Shown here: positions 8,046 to 17,642 of the stretch, one piece after another
Position numbering within the stretch: position 1 is the first letter of the stretch
How the letters are laid out: every line of letters begins with the position of its first letter
DNA from: Thermoplasmatales archaeon ex4484_6
Lineage (GTDB): Archaea; Thermoplasmatota; Penumbrarchaeia; Penumbrarchaeales; Penumbrarchaeaceae
Length of the DNA: 45,733 bases
Reading direction: 5' to 3'
Assembly: GCA_002254385.1 (NCBI GenBank)
Contig: NJDO01000001.1
Coordinates: 1-45,733, forward strand
The notes under the pieces: generated by a model
Databases searched by the model: none
What the model was told of the DNA's origin: nothing
What the model saw: the letters and a program-made list of their open reading frames with translations, nothing else
Translations under genes and position numbers: made by a program

Positions 8046-11000
8046 ATGAGGTCATGGAGTATGGTAAAGGCAGTTTCGGCATTGTCCCTGATCGTCCTCT
8101 CGTCGCTCATGATGGGGGGCATCCTGTCCGGTGAGGAGAGGGCCTTCCCACCACCGGGACACTGGGCGAAGGTATTCTTCAACGTCACCTTCGAGGATGA
8201 TTCTCCGGTTGACGGAGCCCTGATAGAGATAAAGGCCTACCATTCGTCAATGATGTACACGGAAACCGGAGTGACGAATTCCGCTGGGAAAGCGATGGTG
8301 AATGTCACCGGGGTGAACTGGGGACCCTGCTGGATACAGGTGAAGGACAGCTCCGAGGACCATTTTATCAGGTTCGACAGGTTCATCTCCCCGGATGAGG
8401 TGATATATCTCGACATCGTCCTGCCCGAACATCTTCCCTACGACAGATACATCAACGGGACACTGCGGTACCTAAATAACGGCCTTCCCGTTTCCGGCTC
8501 CATTGTGAGGATTCAGGGAGAGGATTCCATGGGACGTGCGGTCGATGAGACGGATACTACTGATGGTTCGGGGCAATTCCATCTGACCGTACCCTATTCC
8601 GCATCGGTGTATTCCCTCACGGCCCTTCCCCCGGTTCCTACAATTGACAGTTCCGAGATAGTGATACAGCTGGATCCCGCCTCGAAAGAGTATTTCTACG
8701 AACTCTATCTGCGCCCCACCCTTGTGAGGACCGTACCGATAAGCATCGGTGTCTACAACTCATCAACGATGAAGAACATGACTGGAAGCAGCTGCCGCAT
8801 CGATGGTACGGCCGTGGATAAGGACATGTCAAGAGATTACGTCAATCTTGGAAAGGATCCGGTATCCGGTCGATTTGAAGGGGATGTCATGAAAGGGAGC
8901 TACAATCTCCAGTGGGAATCCGTGGAGGACACGCATTGGAACATCTCCTATTATCTCAATACCTACATCTACGTGAACGATACCCCTTTGAATATGGACA
9001 TCCCCATGGATACGATCGAGGATCTCAGGGGAGTTCGATTGGAGATATGGAAGGATTCGGGGCCGCTCGGATACTGTCATGTCGACTATTACCATACTAT
9101 CGGATCCGAGGGTGAATCTTACACGAGTATCAACATGATGCAAACCGCAGATTCCTCGGGAAGATTGTTCTTCGGGATTCCCGCCGGGGAGGAGATACGA
9201 TTATCGGTATGGTATTATGGATACAGGGAGAGAGAGATCGTGATACCACCTGGGACCTCCTCAGAACCCGTGGAGCTCAATGTCACACTGGAGAAGAGCT
9301 CCGCCTCAACATTTCCCATGGGTAACATTTCTTTGAAGGTAATAGACGGTCTGACAGGCATCCCGGTTCCACGGGCATCGATATCCGCCAGTGCATGGGA
9401 TGAAGAGGGTTCTTATCACAGTTACTTTCGCAGTACCAATGAGTTCGGTTATTCCAATGGAACACTGGATGCCGTTACATATTCATCCGTTGATGTGAAG
9501 CATTCGCTGGGATACGCATCCGCCAAGAACGTCACGATCGCGGAAGGAGAGACAACGGTACTTACGGTCGCCCTCGAACGGTGGGAGATGCCGGAATCAT
9601 TGGATACGTATATCCTTCATCTTGCGGATCCCGAGGGGAATCCGGTCTCGGGAGTGCCCATGCGTATCAGTCCCTCCCCATCATCGGCCCTTTCAAGGTC
9701 CTGCTCGGATTCCACCGGACGGATCGTCTTTCATGGAAAGGAGGGAGAATACAACATTCATGTGGAAGCTCCCGGAGATCACTGGTTCTATTCTCCCAGG
9801 TGGCAGGAGGAGAGGACGACGTTCCACTTCCCGGCAGGAGGAGGGGACCTTGGGACCCTCACACTCTATCCATTGGACGGAATGGAAGCCGTAGAGGGAT
9901 CGGTCCTCGATTCTTCGACAATGGACCCCGTCCCCTTCGCCAATATCCATGGAGAATCCTTTCATCCGCTCGAGGGAGGTACGAGGGACATGTGCCGTGA
10001 ATATCCCTGGGCCGTGGAATTCTTTTCCGATATGGCGCAGGATCGGGGACCCGGTATAACTCTCTTCACGGACCATACCCATTCCGTTGCGGATGGATAC
10101 TACAGGGTATGGGGAAAGGAAAAGGTTTACATAAGATGCTCCACGGAGGGATACTTCCCGTACCAGGGGCTTGTTGACCTTACAACCAGGGCAGGGGATA
10201 CTAACAATATTCTGCTGGATCCGATACCTCCTGCAACAAGCCACATCGTCGGCATGATTCAGGATGAGAACGGCAATCCGATCCCGGGGACCATATATCT
10301 CATAGAACAGGATCATCCCGATAATCTTTTTGATGCTCTGGATGTGGGGGAGAACGGGACCTTCGACATCCGGCTCCATCCGGCATCGTACAGGATCATC
10401 TACGGGAACGAGACACTCCACAACGAGACATTACTGGAAGTCAACGAGAGCGGCATTGAAGATCTCATTCTACCCCTTATACCATACTCCTACATCAACG
10501 GGACCGTGACGAACGGATCGGGAGCTCCCCTCCCCGGTTTCAACGTTTCGCTTTATCCCGCAGGGGAAGCCGTTCCCCCGATCGATTCCAGGCAGACGGA
10601 CGGGAACGGGAACTTCTCGTTCCTTGCAAGGAGCGGAGATTACAGGATAGAGGTGAATGGAACGGACCAATATCTGGACCTTTCCCTGAACATTCCAGGT
10701 GTTACCGGATGGAACGACATCCATCTGGATGTGGTCCTCTACAACAGAACCTCGGGGAATGTGGAAGGTGTCGTCAGGGGAGATGGAGGCCCCCTCGAAG
10801 TGGCGGTTCCCAATGCATCCGTCATGCTGAGGAATTCCACCGGCGGCATCCTGGCAGAAACGATGACGGACTCTCTCGGCCATTTCGTTTTCAACAATGT
10901 TCAGTTCGGGAGCGGGTATTATATTATCGTGGAGCCTCCCAGTGATTGGAAGAAGACAACGGAAGGTGGCCACGGTTACCTGAACCTCACAACCGACAGG

Positions 11001-11831
11001 TTCGACCTGCACACACGGGTTCTGTTCCTCGATCTCGTCCTTGAATACATCGAGCCTCCGCTCCCCGGTTTCTTCAACGTGACCCTGCATTCTCCCGTGG
11101 GCACCGGGGTGCTGCTGGACGAGCCTGTACGATTGTCATTCTCCGATGCGGTGAACTCCTCATATCTGGAAGGGAATCTTTCCGTATCACCCCTGGTGGG
11201 AAACCTGACCTTCAGATGGAACGGGGATGGAACGGGGGTCGTGATCGACCACGATGACTTCCGGAAGAACACCACATATACCGTTACCATCTCCGGCCTG
11301 TTGACCTCTTCCTCGGGGAAGCTTCTGTGGGGCGAGGGGGATTTCAGCTGGAATTTCACAACAGGCGATGAGACCGGTGCCTGGAACCTCATCACGGCCA
11401 CGGTGGAAACCCTCTCCGACAGGACCACCTTCTTCAACGCTACCGGGGATCCGGGCCTGACGGTCCATGTGGTCATCGAGGGGAAAGGCTCGTACATGCT
11501 GGTGGAAGCCGGGGCCGGCATCTATTCCGTCGAGATACCACCCGGGGACCTTGAATGGGACACGGAATACTTCTACCATTTCTCCGATGTCATCGACGGT
11601 CCCGATCTGGCACCCGATCTGGCAGGGAGCTTCAGGACCGCGGCCCGGCCTTCGGTACAGGGAGGTGACGACGACGATGATGACACATCGAAGGAAGATG
11701 AGAGCAGCGATGCGTGGAAGATAGTCCTTTTTGTCATCCTCGTCCTGCTGATACTCGCGGTGCTCACAGCGATCTTGGTCCTGCTTGCCGCAAGGTCCGG
11801 GAAGGGCGGGTACGGAGGGGAAGAGGAATAG
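8046..11831 (+). CDS. Secreted, membrane-anchored protein with CarboxypepD-regulatory-like repeats and an Ig-like (Big_5-like) domain
   Basis: Signal peptide; repeated G.V.D..G.P..A.V...TD..G.F motifs; V.LDEPVRLSFS...YTVTI...FSWNFTT; acidic linker, TM, RSGKGGYGGEEE. Confidence 0.8.
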   Translation: MRSWSMVKAVSALSLIVLSSLMMGGILSGEERAFPPPGHWAKVFFNVTFEDDSPVDGALIEIKAYHSSMMYTETGVTNSAGKAMVNVTGVNWGPCWIQVKDSSEDHFIRFDRFISPDEVIYLDIVLPEHLPYDRYINGTLRYLNNGLPVSGSIVRIQGEDSMGRAVDETDTTDGSGQFHLTVPYSASVYSLTALPPVPTIDSSEIVIQLDPASKEYFYELYLRPTLVRTVPISIGVYNSSTMKNMTGSSCRIDGTAVDKDMSRDYVNLGKDPVSGRFEGDVMKGSYNLQWESVEDTHWNISYYLNTYIYVNDTPLNMDIPMDTIEDLRGVRLEIWKDSGPLGYCHVDYYHTIGSEGESYTSINMMQTADSSGRLFFGIPAGEEIRLSVWYYGYREREIVIPPGTSSEPVELNVTLEKSSASTFPMGNISLKVIDGLTGIPVPRASISASAWDEEGSYHSYFRSTNEFGYSNGTLDAVTYSSVDVKHSLGYASAKNVTIAEGETTVLTVALERWEMPESLDTYILHLADPEGNPVSGVPMRISPSPSSALSRSCSDSTGRIVFHGKEGEYNIHVEAPGDHWFYSPRWQEERTTFHFPAGGGDLGTLTLYPLDGMEAVEGSVLDSSTMDPVPFANIHGESFHPLEGGTRDMCREYPWAVEFFSDMAQDRGPGITLFTDHTHSVADGYYRVWGKEKVYIRCSTEGYFPYQGLVDLTTRAGDTNNILLDPIPPATSHIVGMIQDENGNPIPGTIYLIEQDHPDNLFDALDVGENGTFDIRLHPASYRIIYGNETLHNETLLEVNESGIEDLILPLIPYSYINGTVTNGSGAPLPGFNVSLYPAGEAVPPIDSRQTDGNGNFSFLARSGDYRIEVNGTDQYLDLSLNIPGVTGWNDIHLDVVLYNRTSGNVEGVVRGDGGPLEVAVPNASVMLRNSTGGILAETMTDSLGHFVFNNVQFGSGYYIIVEPPSDWKKTTEGGHGYLNLTTDRFDLHTRVLFLDLVLEYIEPPLPGFFNVTLHSPVGTGVLLDEPVRLSFSDAVNSSYLEGNLSVSPLVGNLTFRWNGDGTGVVIDHDDFRKNTTYTVTISGLLTSSSGKLLWGEGDFSWNFTTGDETGAWNLITATVETLSDRTTFFNATGDPGLTVHVVIEGKGSYMLVEAGAGIYSVEIPPGDLEWDTEYFYHFSDVIDGPDLAPDLAGSFRTAARPSVQGGDDDDDDTSKEDESSDAWKIVLFVILVLLILAVLTAILVLLAARSGKGGYGGEEE

Positions 11832-11924
11832 TCGTCACCCCGGTGGACCCGGCCGGGTGATATTCGATATCACCCAAAAGGGATATATGGACGTATTTAC
11901 CATGAAGCCACGGGTGGTTCGGAA

Positions 11925-14270
11925 TTGTTCAGCTCCCTCTCCCGAAGGTTCACACTCCTGGCACTGCTGACGACCATGGTCCTCGTAATTCCGCAGGGCT
12001 CGGCCCTTGACGTCGGGCGCATCGATCCGAGGCTGAGGACCCATGACATACCCGGAGGCTCGGTCGACCCCTATCTCGAGAAGGTCCTGGAAGGGGATCA
12101 TGAAGAGAGGATGAGGGTCCTGGTCCGGTTCAGCAGCTGGCCGATAGAGGACGATATAGGATTCGCAAGGGAGATAGGCATGGACCATCTCTGCACGATG
12201 AAGGTTCTTCCCGTGGCCTGGCTGGAAGGTACGGAGGAACAGATAAGGACCCTGTCGAACTACCGCAGGACGGAATGGATGGAGTATGACGGCGATCTGG
12301 ACCTGTTCATGGAAAGGTCCCTCACGACGATAAACGCGACAGTTGCCTGGAATTCGTGGATAGAGAGGACGCCCAACAGGTACGAGACCATTGACGGCAG
12401 CGGGATAACGGTGGTGGTCCTCGATACCGGGATAGATGCCGGTCACCCGGACCTGGACTATGGTGAGAAGACCCTTGTCAATCTGAAGGCGGACATACCG
12501 GGAGCACCATGGTATGAACTGGAGAATTCGGATACCAGTTATGGCCACGGCACCCATTGTGCGGGTACGATAGCGGGGAACGGTGACGCTTCCGCGGGGG
12601 CAAGGTCCGGGGTGGCCCCCGGAGCGAACCTGATCGGGCTGTGTGTCGGTGATGTGGGGATCACGCTGACGAACACCTACTACGGTCTGGAATGGGTTTA
12701 CGAGAATTCCCGACCCCCGAACCCGTACAACATAAAGGTTGTGTCCAACTCGTGGGGAGGGGGAGCGGCGGAATATGACCCCCAGGATGCCACTTCCCTC
12801 ATCTGCCAGAAGATAACGTTCGAGAACAACGTACTGGTGGTGTTCGCGATGGGTAACGCAGGGAGCGGGGATCATGACGGTTCCGAACTGACGGCATCGC
12901 CCACCGGTCTGATACCGTCGAATATCGGAGTGGCGGCCACAGAAAGGGATGGCTCCGGCATCGCCTATTTCTCGTCCCGGGGGGAGAAGGGAAAGAACCA
13001 CACTTATCCGGACGTTGCAGCTCCCGGGGTCAAGATATGGTCCGCCCATGCAAGATTGACGGAGATATCCGCAATGTCCAAACTTCGAGGAAATCCCAAC
13101 CCCTATTATCTGGCCATATCGGGCACCTCGATGGCGACACCCCATGTATCGGGGCTTGCCGCCCTGATGTTCCAGGCTGCTCCGTCATTGAGGATATCAG
13201 ATAGATGGGAGGATTATTCGGGGGATGATCCCGAAGCATGGTATTCGAACACTTTCAACAGGATCCATGAGATAGAATGGATAATGGAGCAGTCAGCGAG
13301 ATACATCCAGCCGGACGGCATCCCACTATCGGACGAATCGGGGGACAATGGTGTTCCCGAGCCAGGGGACAGGGGGCCAACCGAGGTGGGATGGGATGGG
13401 AAACCCATAGATTGGGCGCAGGGATACGGTCTTGTGGATGCGGAGAAATGCGTGGGGATCGCGCTGACACTGCAGGAATTGAGGGACCGATGGCCTCAGA
13501 CCGAATGGAACGTCAATGACGCGATCAGGATATACGAGGAAAGGGAGGTGTTCCACAGGTCCGCCATCACTGCCGAGACGGACATCCTCGAGACGGGATG
13601 GGAGGGCGAATTCGCGAGATATGCACAGGACCAGGACGGTCCGCTGCTCGTGCAGAACCAGTCCAGATTGATATGGATACCCGAGCATGCGGTGGAGCTT
13701 TCCATATTGATGAACTATGATCTCGTGAACATCCAGGACAGGACCGTGGGGGACCTCACATTCGTGATAGATTTCGACAATGACGGTGTGTTCGATTACC
13801 AGCATCCCTTTCTCGGATCCCGCCTGACAGGTACCAAATCCGAAACCCTGCCGATAGACAGTGAAGATACGGGAAGGTACTGGGCAATCGGCGTCTACGG
13901 CCAGGGTTTCAAGGTCATAAGGCCGCTCAAGGACAGGGAATTCATGGAGCTGAGGATAGAATACACCATGGGGCTCCGACTCAGGATGGACGTGGGATCG
14001 CAGGAGGATGTGGTGGTATCTCCCCCTCCGCCCAGTTCCCAGGTCTCCGCATGGATGCCCGGGGAGTCATCTCCCGACCATGCCGGAGGAAGACTGATTC
14101 TGGAGGGGGTCGAGTACGATATTTCAAGGGTCCAGCCGCTTCCCGAACCCGAGAAGGGGATGGAGAAGGGTGGATTCCCGTGGTGGTGGATCCTCCTGCT
14201 GGCTGCCGCTGTTCTCTTCGGTGGAGCCTTCTACCTGAGAAAAAGAAAAGGGAGGCGAAGCAGGGAATGA
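11925..14270 (+). CDS. Membrane-anchored subtilisin-family (S8) serine protease, copy 1
   Basis: Signal peptide, prodomain, VVVLDTG (Asp), HGTHCAG (His), AMGN (oxyanion Asn), SGTSMATP (Ser); C-terminal TM + RKRKGRR; TTG start. Confidence 0.92.
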   Translation: MFSSLSRRFTLLALLTTMVLVIPQGSALDVGRIDPRLRTHDIPGGSVDPYLEKVLEGDHEERMRVLVRFSSWPIEDDIGFAREIGMDHLCTMKVLPVAWLEGTEEQIRTLSNYRRTEWMEYDGDLDLFMERSLTTINATVAWNSWIERTPNRYETIDGSGITVVVLDTGIDAGHPDLDYGEKTLVNLKADIPGAPWYELENSDTSYGHGTHCAGTIAGNGDASAGARSGVAPGANLIGLCVGDVGITLTNTYYGLEWVYENSRPPNPYNIKVVSNSWGGGAAEYDPQDATSLICQKITFENNVLVVFAMGNAGSGDHDGSELTASPTGLIPSNIGVAATERDGSGIAYFSSRGEKGKNHTYPDVAAPGVKIWSAHARLTEISAMSKLRGNPNPYYLAISGTSMATPHVSGLAALMFQAAPSLRISDRWEDYSGDDPEAWYSNTFNRIHEIEWIMEQSARYIQPDGIPLSDESGDNGVPEPGDRGPTEVGWDGKPIDWAQGYGLVDAEKCVGIALTLQELRDRWPQTEWNVNDAIRIYEEREVFHRSAITAETDILETGWEGEFARYAQDQDGPLLVQNQSRLIWIPEHAVELSILMNYDLVNIQDRTVGDLTFVIDFDNDGVFDYQHPFLGSRLTGTKSETLPIDSEDTGRYWAIGVYGQGFKVIRPLKDREFMELRIEYTMGLRLRMDVGSQEDVVVSPPPPSSQVSAWMPGESSPDHAGGRLILEGVEYDISRVQPLPEPEKGMEKGGFPWWWILLLAAAVLFGGAFYLRKRKGRRSRE

Positions 14271-16585
14271 GGTTCGCGTCCCCCACGCTTCTCGTCTTGC
14301 TGTTCCTGGTATCCTTACAGGTATCTCCGTCGACATACGGTGTCCCTCCCGGGAACGAGGGAGGCGATATCATCCTGTCGAAGCTTTCGGTCTCCCTCCT
14401 TCATGCGGGCATCGAGGTCCGAGACGGTGTCCTGGTCCATGAACTGTGTGACCGGGATCCACTACCGGTGCTGCTGCATGTCGATGAGGGTAAGAGGGGC
14501 GCTCTCCGCCCGAGGCTCGTGGAAATGGGCGTCAGGATGGGTTACAGATTCACCTCTCTGGAGGTGTACGAAGCATGGGCGCCTCTTGATGTCATGCCCC
14601 GTTTGACCCTGCTGGATGAGGTGACCTACATCGAATGGAACGCTCCCGGCACCTTCGACACGGAGATCTCGACAGCCGCGATAATGGCCCCCAGGGTCTG
14701 GTCATCCGTCATCAGGGACGGCTCTTCTGTCAAGGAGGGGATCAGGGGGCGCGGGATCGGAATTGCGGTCGTTGATTCGGGAATAGATGCCGGTCACCCG
14801 GACCTTGACTACGGCTTCAAGACCGTGAAGAACATCAAGGCCGTGAGGGCCGGTGACCCCTGGGTGGAGATGGAGAACACCGACACTTCGGTGGGACACG
14901 GCTCCCACTGTGCCGGTATCTCCGCCGGCAACGGGGATGCCTCCGCGGGGGGACGGTCGGGTGTGGCTCCGGAGGCGAACCTCATAGGGCTCTCGCTCAC
15001 CGAAGGTGACGAGGAGGTATCGACATCGAACTATCTTTACGGCCTGGAATGGGTGTTCGAGAATTCCAGACCGCATGCGAACCCCTACAACATCAAGGTA
15101 TGCACGAATTCGTGGCACACAACGGTCGGAGAGTACGATCCGGAGATGGCACTGTCGAAGATCATAAACAGGCTGACATACGAGAACAATGTCGTATGCA
15201 CGTTCTCGGCAGGGAACGACGGGAGGCAGGATCCGGAGGGTACGGTGGTATGGACCTCCCAGCAGGGGAACACACCCTCGGCCGTGATGGTGGCGGCCTA
15301 TGCGAGGGACGGGTCCTATGTGGCGGAGTTCACATCCCACGGCCAGGTGGGTCTGAACCATACCTATCCTGACGTGGGGGCGCCAGGGGTCAGGATATGG
15401 TCCGCCCATGCGAGAAGGACCGGGATATCCGCGGGTTCCAAACTGTCCGGTAATCCGAATCCCTACTATCTTGCAATATCGGGGACATCGATGTCCACTC
15501 CCCATGTTGCCGGAACGGTCGCGCTTCTCTGGGAAGCATGCCCTTCGATGGGTATTTCCGGATGGGAGGAGGATTACAACGGGTCGGACCCGGAATGGTT
15601 CCATTCGCACGAGTTCAGGTTCGTCCATGATGCGGAGCTCATACTGGAGGCATCCGCGACTCCCATACCCTTCAGGGAAGGGTCGGGCGATTCGACCGGC
15701 GTCTTCGTCGACGATCCCTCCGTGGGATGGGGCGGGAGGGAGATCGATTACGCCCAGGGTTACGGTTTTATCGATGTGGAGAAGGCCGTGGGCATCGCTC
15801 TCACCCTTCAGGAACTGAGGAGCAGGTTCCTTGACAGATACGTCGATGTATTCACAGCACTGAAGGTGTATGAGGGCGCAATGGACCTCAACCTGTCGGT
15901 CGCATCCTCCACATTGATGACCTCATGGGAAGGGGAGTATTCCCGCTTCAACGACCAGAACGGCAAACCCCTTGTGGTCCAGAACCAGACCAAGCTGGTC
16001 TATGTCCCGGAAGGGGTGGGGTCGATGAGCATTACACTTGAATATGACGCCCTCTCACTCCCGGACATGTACGTTGGCGGTCTGACGGTCGATGTCGATA
16101 CGGACGGTGATGGTCAGGCGGATTTCAGCGGGGGCCCGCCTCTTGCACCCGGAACAAGGACATTCCGGATCCCGGTGTCGGGAACGGACGTCTTCTACCG
16201 CGTCATGATAAGGGGTCAGGGGATAAAGGTGATACGACCCGTAAGGGAAACGAGCTACGTGGAACTGAGGATACCGTATTCCATCACGGTGGAAATGGAG
16301 CTTGACACCCAGGGAGCCGAGGTCCCGAGGGAAGCATATTCGAGTGCAATGGGTGCTTTCATCATAGGGGACGGCAGAGAGTCCCCTGTCAACAGCACAT
16401 TGGGGATCAGGGTCTACGATCTCGGCGGCATAGGCGACCCGTTCGGGGAAGAGGGATATCGTGAGAGGGGCGAGGCCCCCTCCTCCCTGCTGTTGATAAT
16501 CCTGCTCACCGCAGCGGTGACATTGCTGTCCATTTACGGATATCACAGGATCAGGAAAAGGAATCGGAAAGGGGGAGAATCCTGA
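14267..16585 (+). CDS. Membrane-anchored subtilisin-family (S8) serine protease, copy 2
   Basis: Start MRFASPTLL overlaps the upstream stop (ATGA 14267-14270); VVDSG, HGSHCAG, SAGN, SGTSMSTP; C-terminal TM + RIRKRNRK. Confidence 0.92.
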   Translation: MRFASPTLLVLLFLVSLQVSPSTYGVPPGNEGGDIILSKLSVSLLHAGIEVRDGVLVHELCDRDPLPVLLHVDEGKRGALRPRLVEMGVRMGYRFTSLEVYEAWAPLDVMPRLTLLDEVTYIEWNAPGTFDTEISTAAIMAPRVWSSVIRDGSSVKEGIRGRGIGIAVVDSGIDAGHPDLDYGFKTVKNIKAVRAGDPWVEMENTDTSVGHGSHCAGISAGNGDASAGGRSGVAPEANLIGLSLTEGDEEVSTSNYLYGLEWVFENSRPHANPYNIKVCTNSWHTTVGEYDPEMALSKIINRLTYENNVVCTFSAGNDGRQDPEGTVVWTSQQGNTPSAVMVAAYARDGSYVAEFTSHGQVGLNHTYPDVGAPGVRIWSAHARRTGISAGSKLSGNPNPYYLAISGTSMSTPHVAGTVALLWEACPSMGISGWEEDYNGSDPEWFHSHEFRFVHDAELILEASATPIPFREGSGDSTGVFVDDPSVGWGGREIDYAQGYGFIDVEKAVGIALTLQELRSRFLDRYVDVFTALKVYEGAMDLNLSVASSTLMTSWEGEYSRFNDQNGKPLVVQNQTKLVYVPEGVGSMSITLEYDALSLPDMYVGGLTVDVDTDGDGQADFSGGPPLAPGTRTFRIPVSGTDVFYRVMIRGQGIKVIRPVRETSYVELRIPYSITVEMELDTQGAEVPREAYSSAMGAFIIGDGRESPVNSTLGIRVYDLGGIGDPFGEEGYRERGEAPSSLLLIILLTAAVTLLSIYGYHRIRKRNRKGGES

Positions 16586-16718
16586 GATCGTTTCCGATGT
16601 GAACAAGGACACCTTTGGAATCGCCGAACCCCCTTGAGTAACGGATTCTTACGCATGTTCTGCATATTTAGGGGTTCTTTTTATTGGTAAATAAACCCAA
16701 CTCCCTTCCGGTGACAGC

Positions 16719-17138
16719 ATGGGGTACAGAAGAATAAACACCGTGGAGGAGCTTCTTCAGAACAGGAACAGACAGAAGATCTACGATGCGATAAGGAGGT
16801 ACCCGGGGATGAGCTTCACCGATCTGAGAGTGATGCTCGATATCAAGAACGGTACACTCTCGCACCACCTTATAAAGCTCGAGAAGGAGGGCCTCGTCCG
16901 GTCGAAGAAGATAGGGATCTTCAGACGGTTCTATCCGGCAGGGAGCGCCATGCCCAAGGACATGGAAGAGAAGATAATCGAGGTGATCCTTGATGATCCG
17001 GGCATCTCCCAGACCGCGGTTGCAAAGCGTCTCTCCATTACAAGGCAGGTGGCGAACTATCATATCAACTCCCTTCGCAGAAGGGGAAAACTTGTCGTTC
17101 GCAGGTCGGGAAGGAGTTCCGAGATATATCTGAGATGA
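16719..17138 (+). CDS. Tandem winged-HTH transcriptional regulator
   Basis: Two wHTH units: IYDAIRRYPGMSFTDL..GTLSHHL..LEKEGLV and IIEVILDDPGISQTAVAK..RQVANYHI..L. Confidence 0.85.
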   Translation: MGYRRINTVEELLQNRNRQKIYDAIRRYPGMSFTDLRVMLDIKNGTLSHHLIKLEKEGLVRSKKIGIFRRFYPAGSAMPKDMEEKIIEVILDDPGISQTAVAKRLSITRQVANYHINSLRRRGKLVVRRSGRSSEIYLR

Positions 17139-17247
17139 ATCACGGAAGATGAGTCTGTTCAGCCCCCAGGCTGCCCACAACATGATAATGACAGCATATG
17201 GGTCCAACCCCCCTCCGCTTCGGGGAACCGTGGCATCCCCTGTCATC

Positions 17248-17373
17248 CTATCTCTTGTTAAGCGTGTAAGCACAGTTGGTGCATTTCCACAGTTCGAATA
17301 TATCCTGACCCCTTGAAAAAGGTATCAGATATCCCTTCTCGCATTTCGGACAGGGTGGAAAGAATTCCGCCAT
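17248..17373 (-). CDS. 41-aa zinc-ribbon microprotein (CxxC...CxxC), absent from the ORF track
   Basis: Hand translation MAEFFPPCPKCEKGYLIPFSRGQDIFELWKCTNCAYTLNKR*; GGAGG RBS upstream of ATG; TTATATA at 17414-17408. Confidence 0.8.
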   Translation of the reverse strand: MAEFFPPCPKCEKGYLIPFSRGQDIFELWKCTNCAYTLNKR

Positions 17374-17444
17374 TTTTGCCGCCTCCAACACTAAAACCCG
17401 GAATCAGTATATAATCATTGCTGAAAGCCAGCGTTGTCTGGCGA

Positions 17445-17642
17445 TCAAAGGATCTTCGACAGGATTATTATGCCGAGGGAAACCACGACAACGGTGATAA
17501 GCAGAAGAGTGAGATGGACATGCGGTCCCTGTTCCTCATCGTTCAGAGCTCCCACCAGACCTTTCCTTTTCAGGGTTCGGAAGACAACCGAAACGGAATA
17601 CCTGGGGGGGGAGATCCCGCCTTCTCTTTCTCCGTTCTCCAT
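17445..17642 (-). CDS. Small tail-anchored membrane protein (65 aa)
   Basis: C-terminal hydrophobic helix LTLLLITVVVVSLGIIILSKIL; TTAAGTA box about 28 nt upstream of ATG. Confidence 0.6.
   Translation of the reverse strand: MENGEREGGISPPRYSVSVVFRTLKRKGLVGALNDEEQGPHVHLTLLLITVVVVSLGIIILSKIL

Noticed and set aside
11835..13145. Long antisense ORFs (e.g. 436 aa here, 377 aa at 18280-19413, 386 aa at 32844-34004, 317 aa at 35743-36696)
   Set aside because: Shadow frames of well-supported genes in GC-rich DNA; no protein motifs
14051..14266. 72-aa N-terminal extension of the second S8 protease in the ORF track
   Set aside because: Overlaps the first protease; the signal peptide begins at ATG 14267 with an ATGA overlap
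14160..14270. GGFPWWW before the TM of protease 1 as a PGF-CTERM/GlyGly-CTERM signal
   Set aside because: Not a true PGF motif, absent from the paralog, and no sortase-type gene in the window
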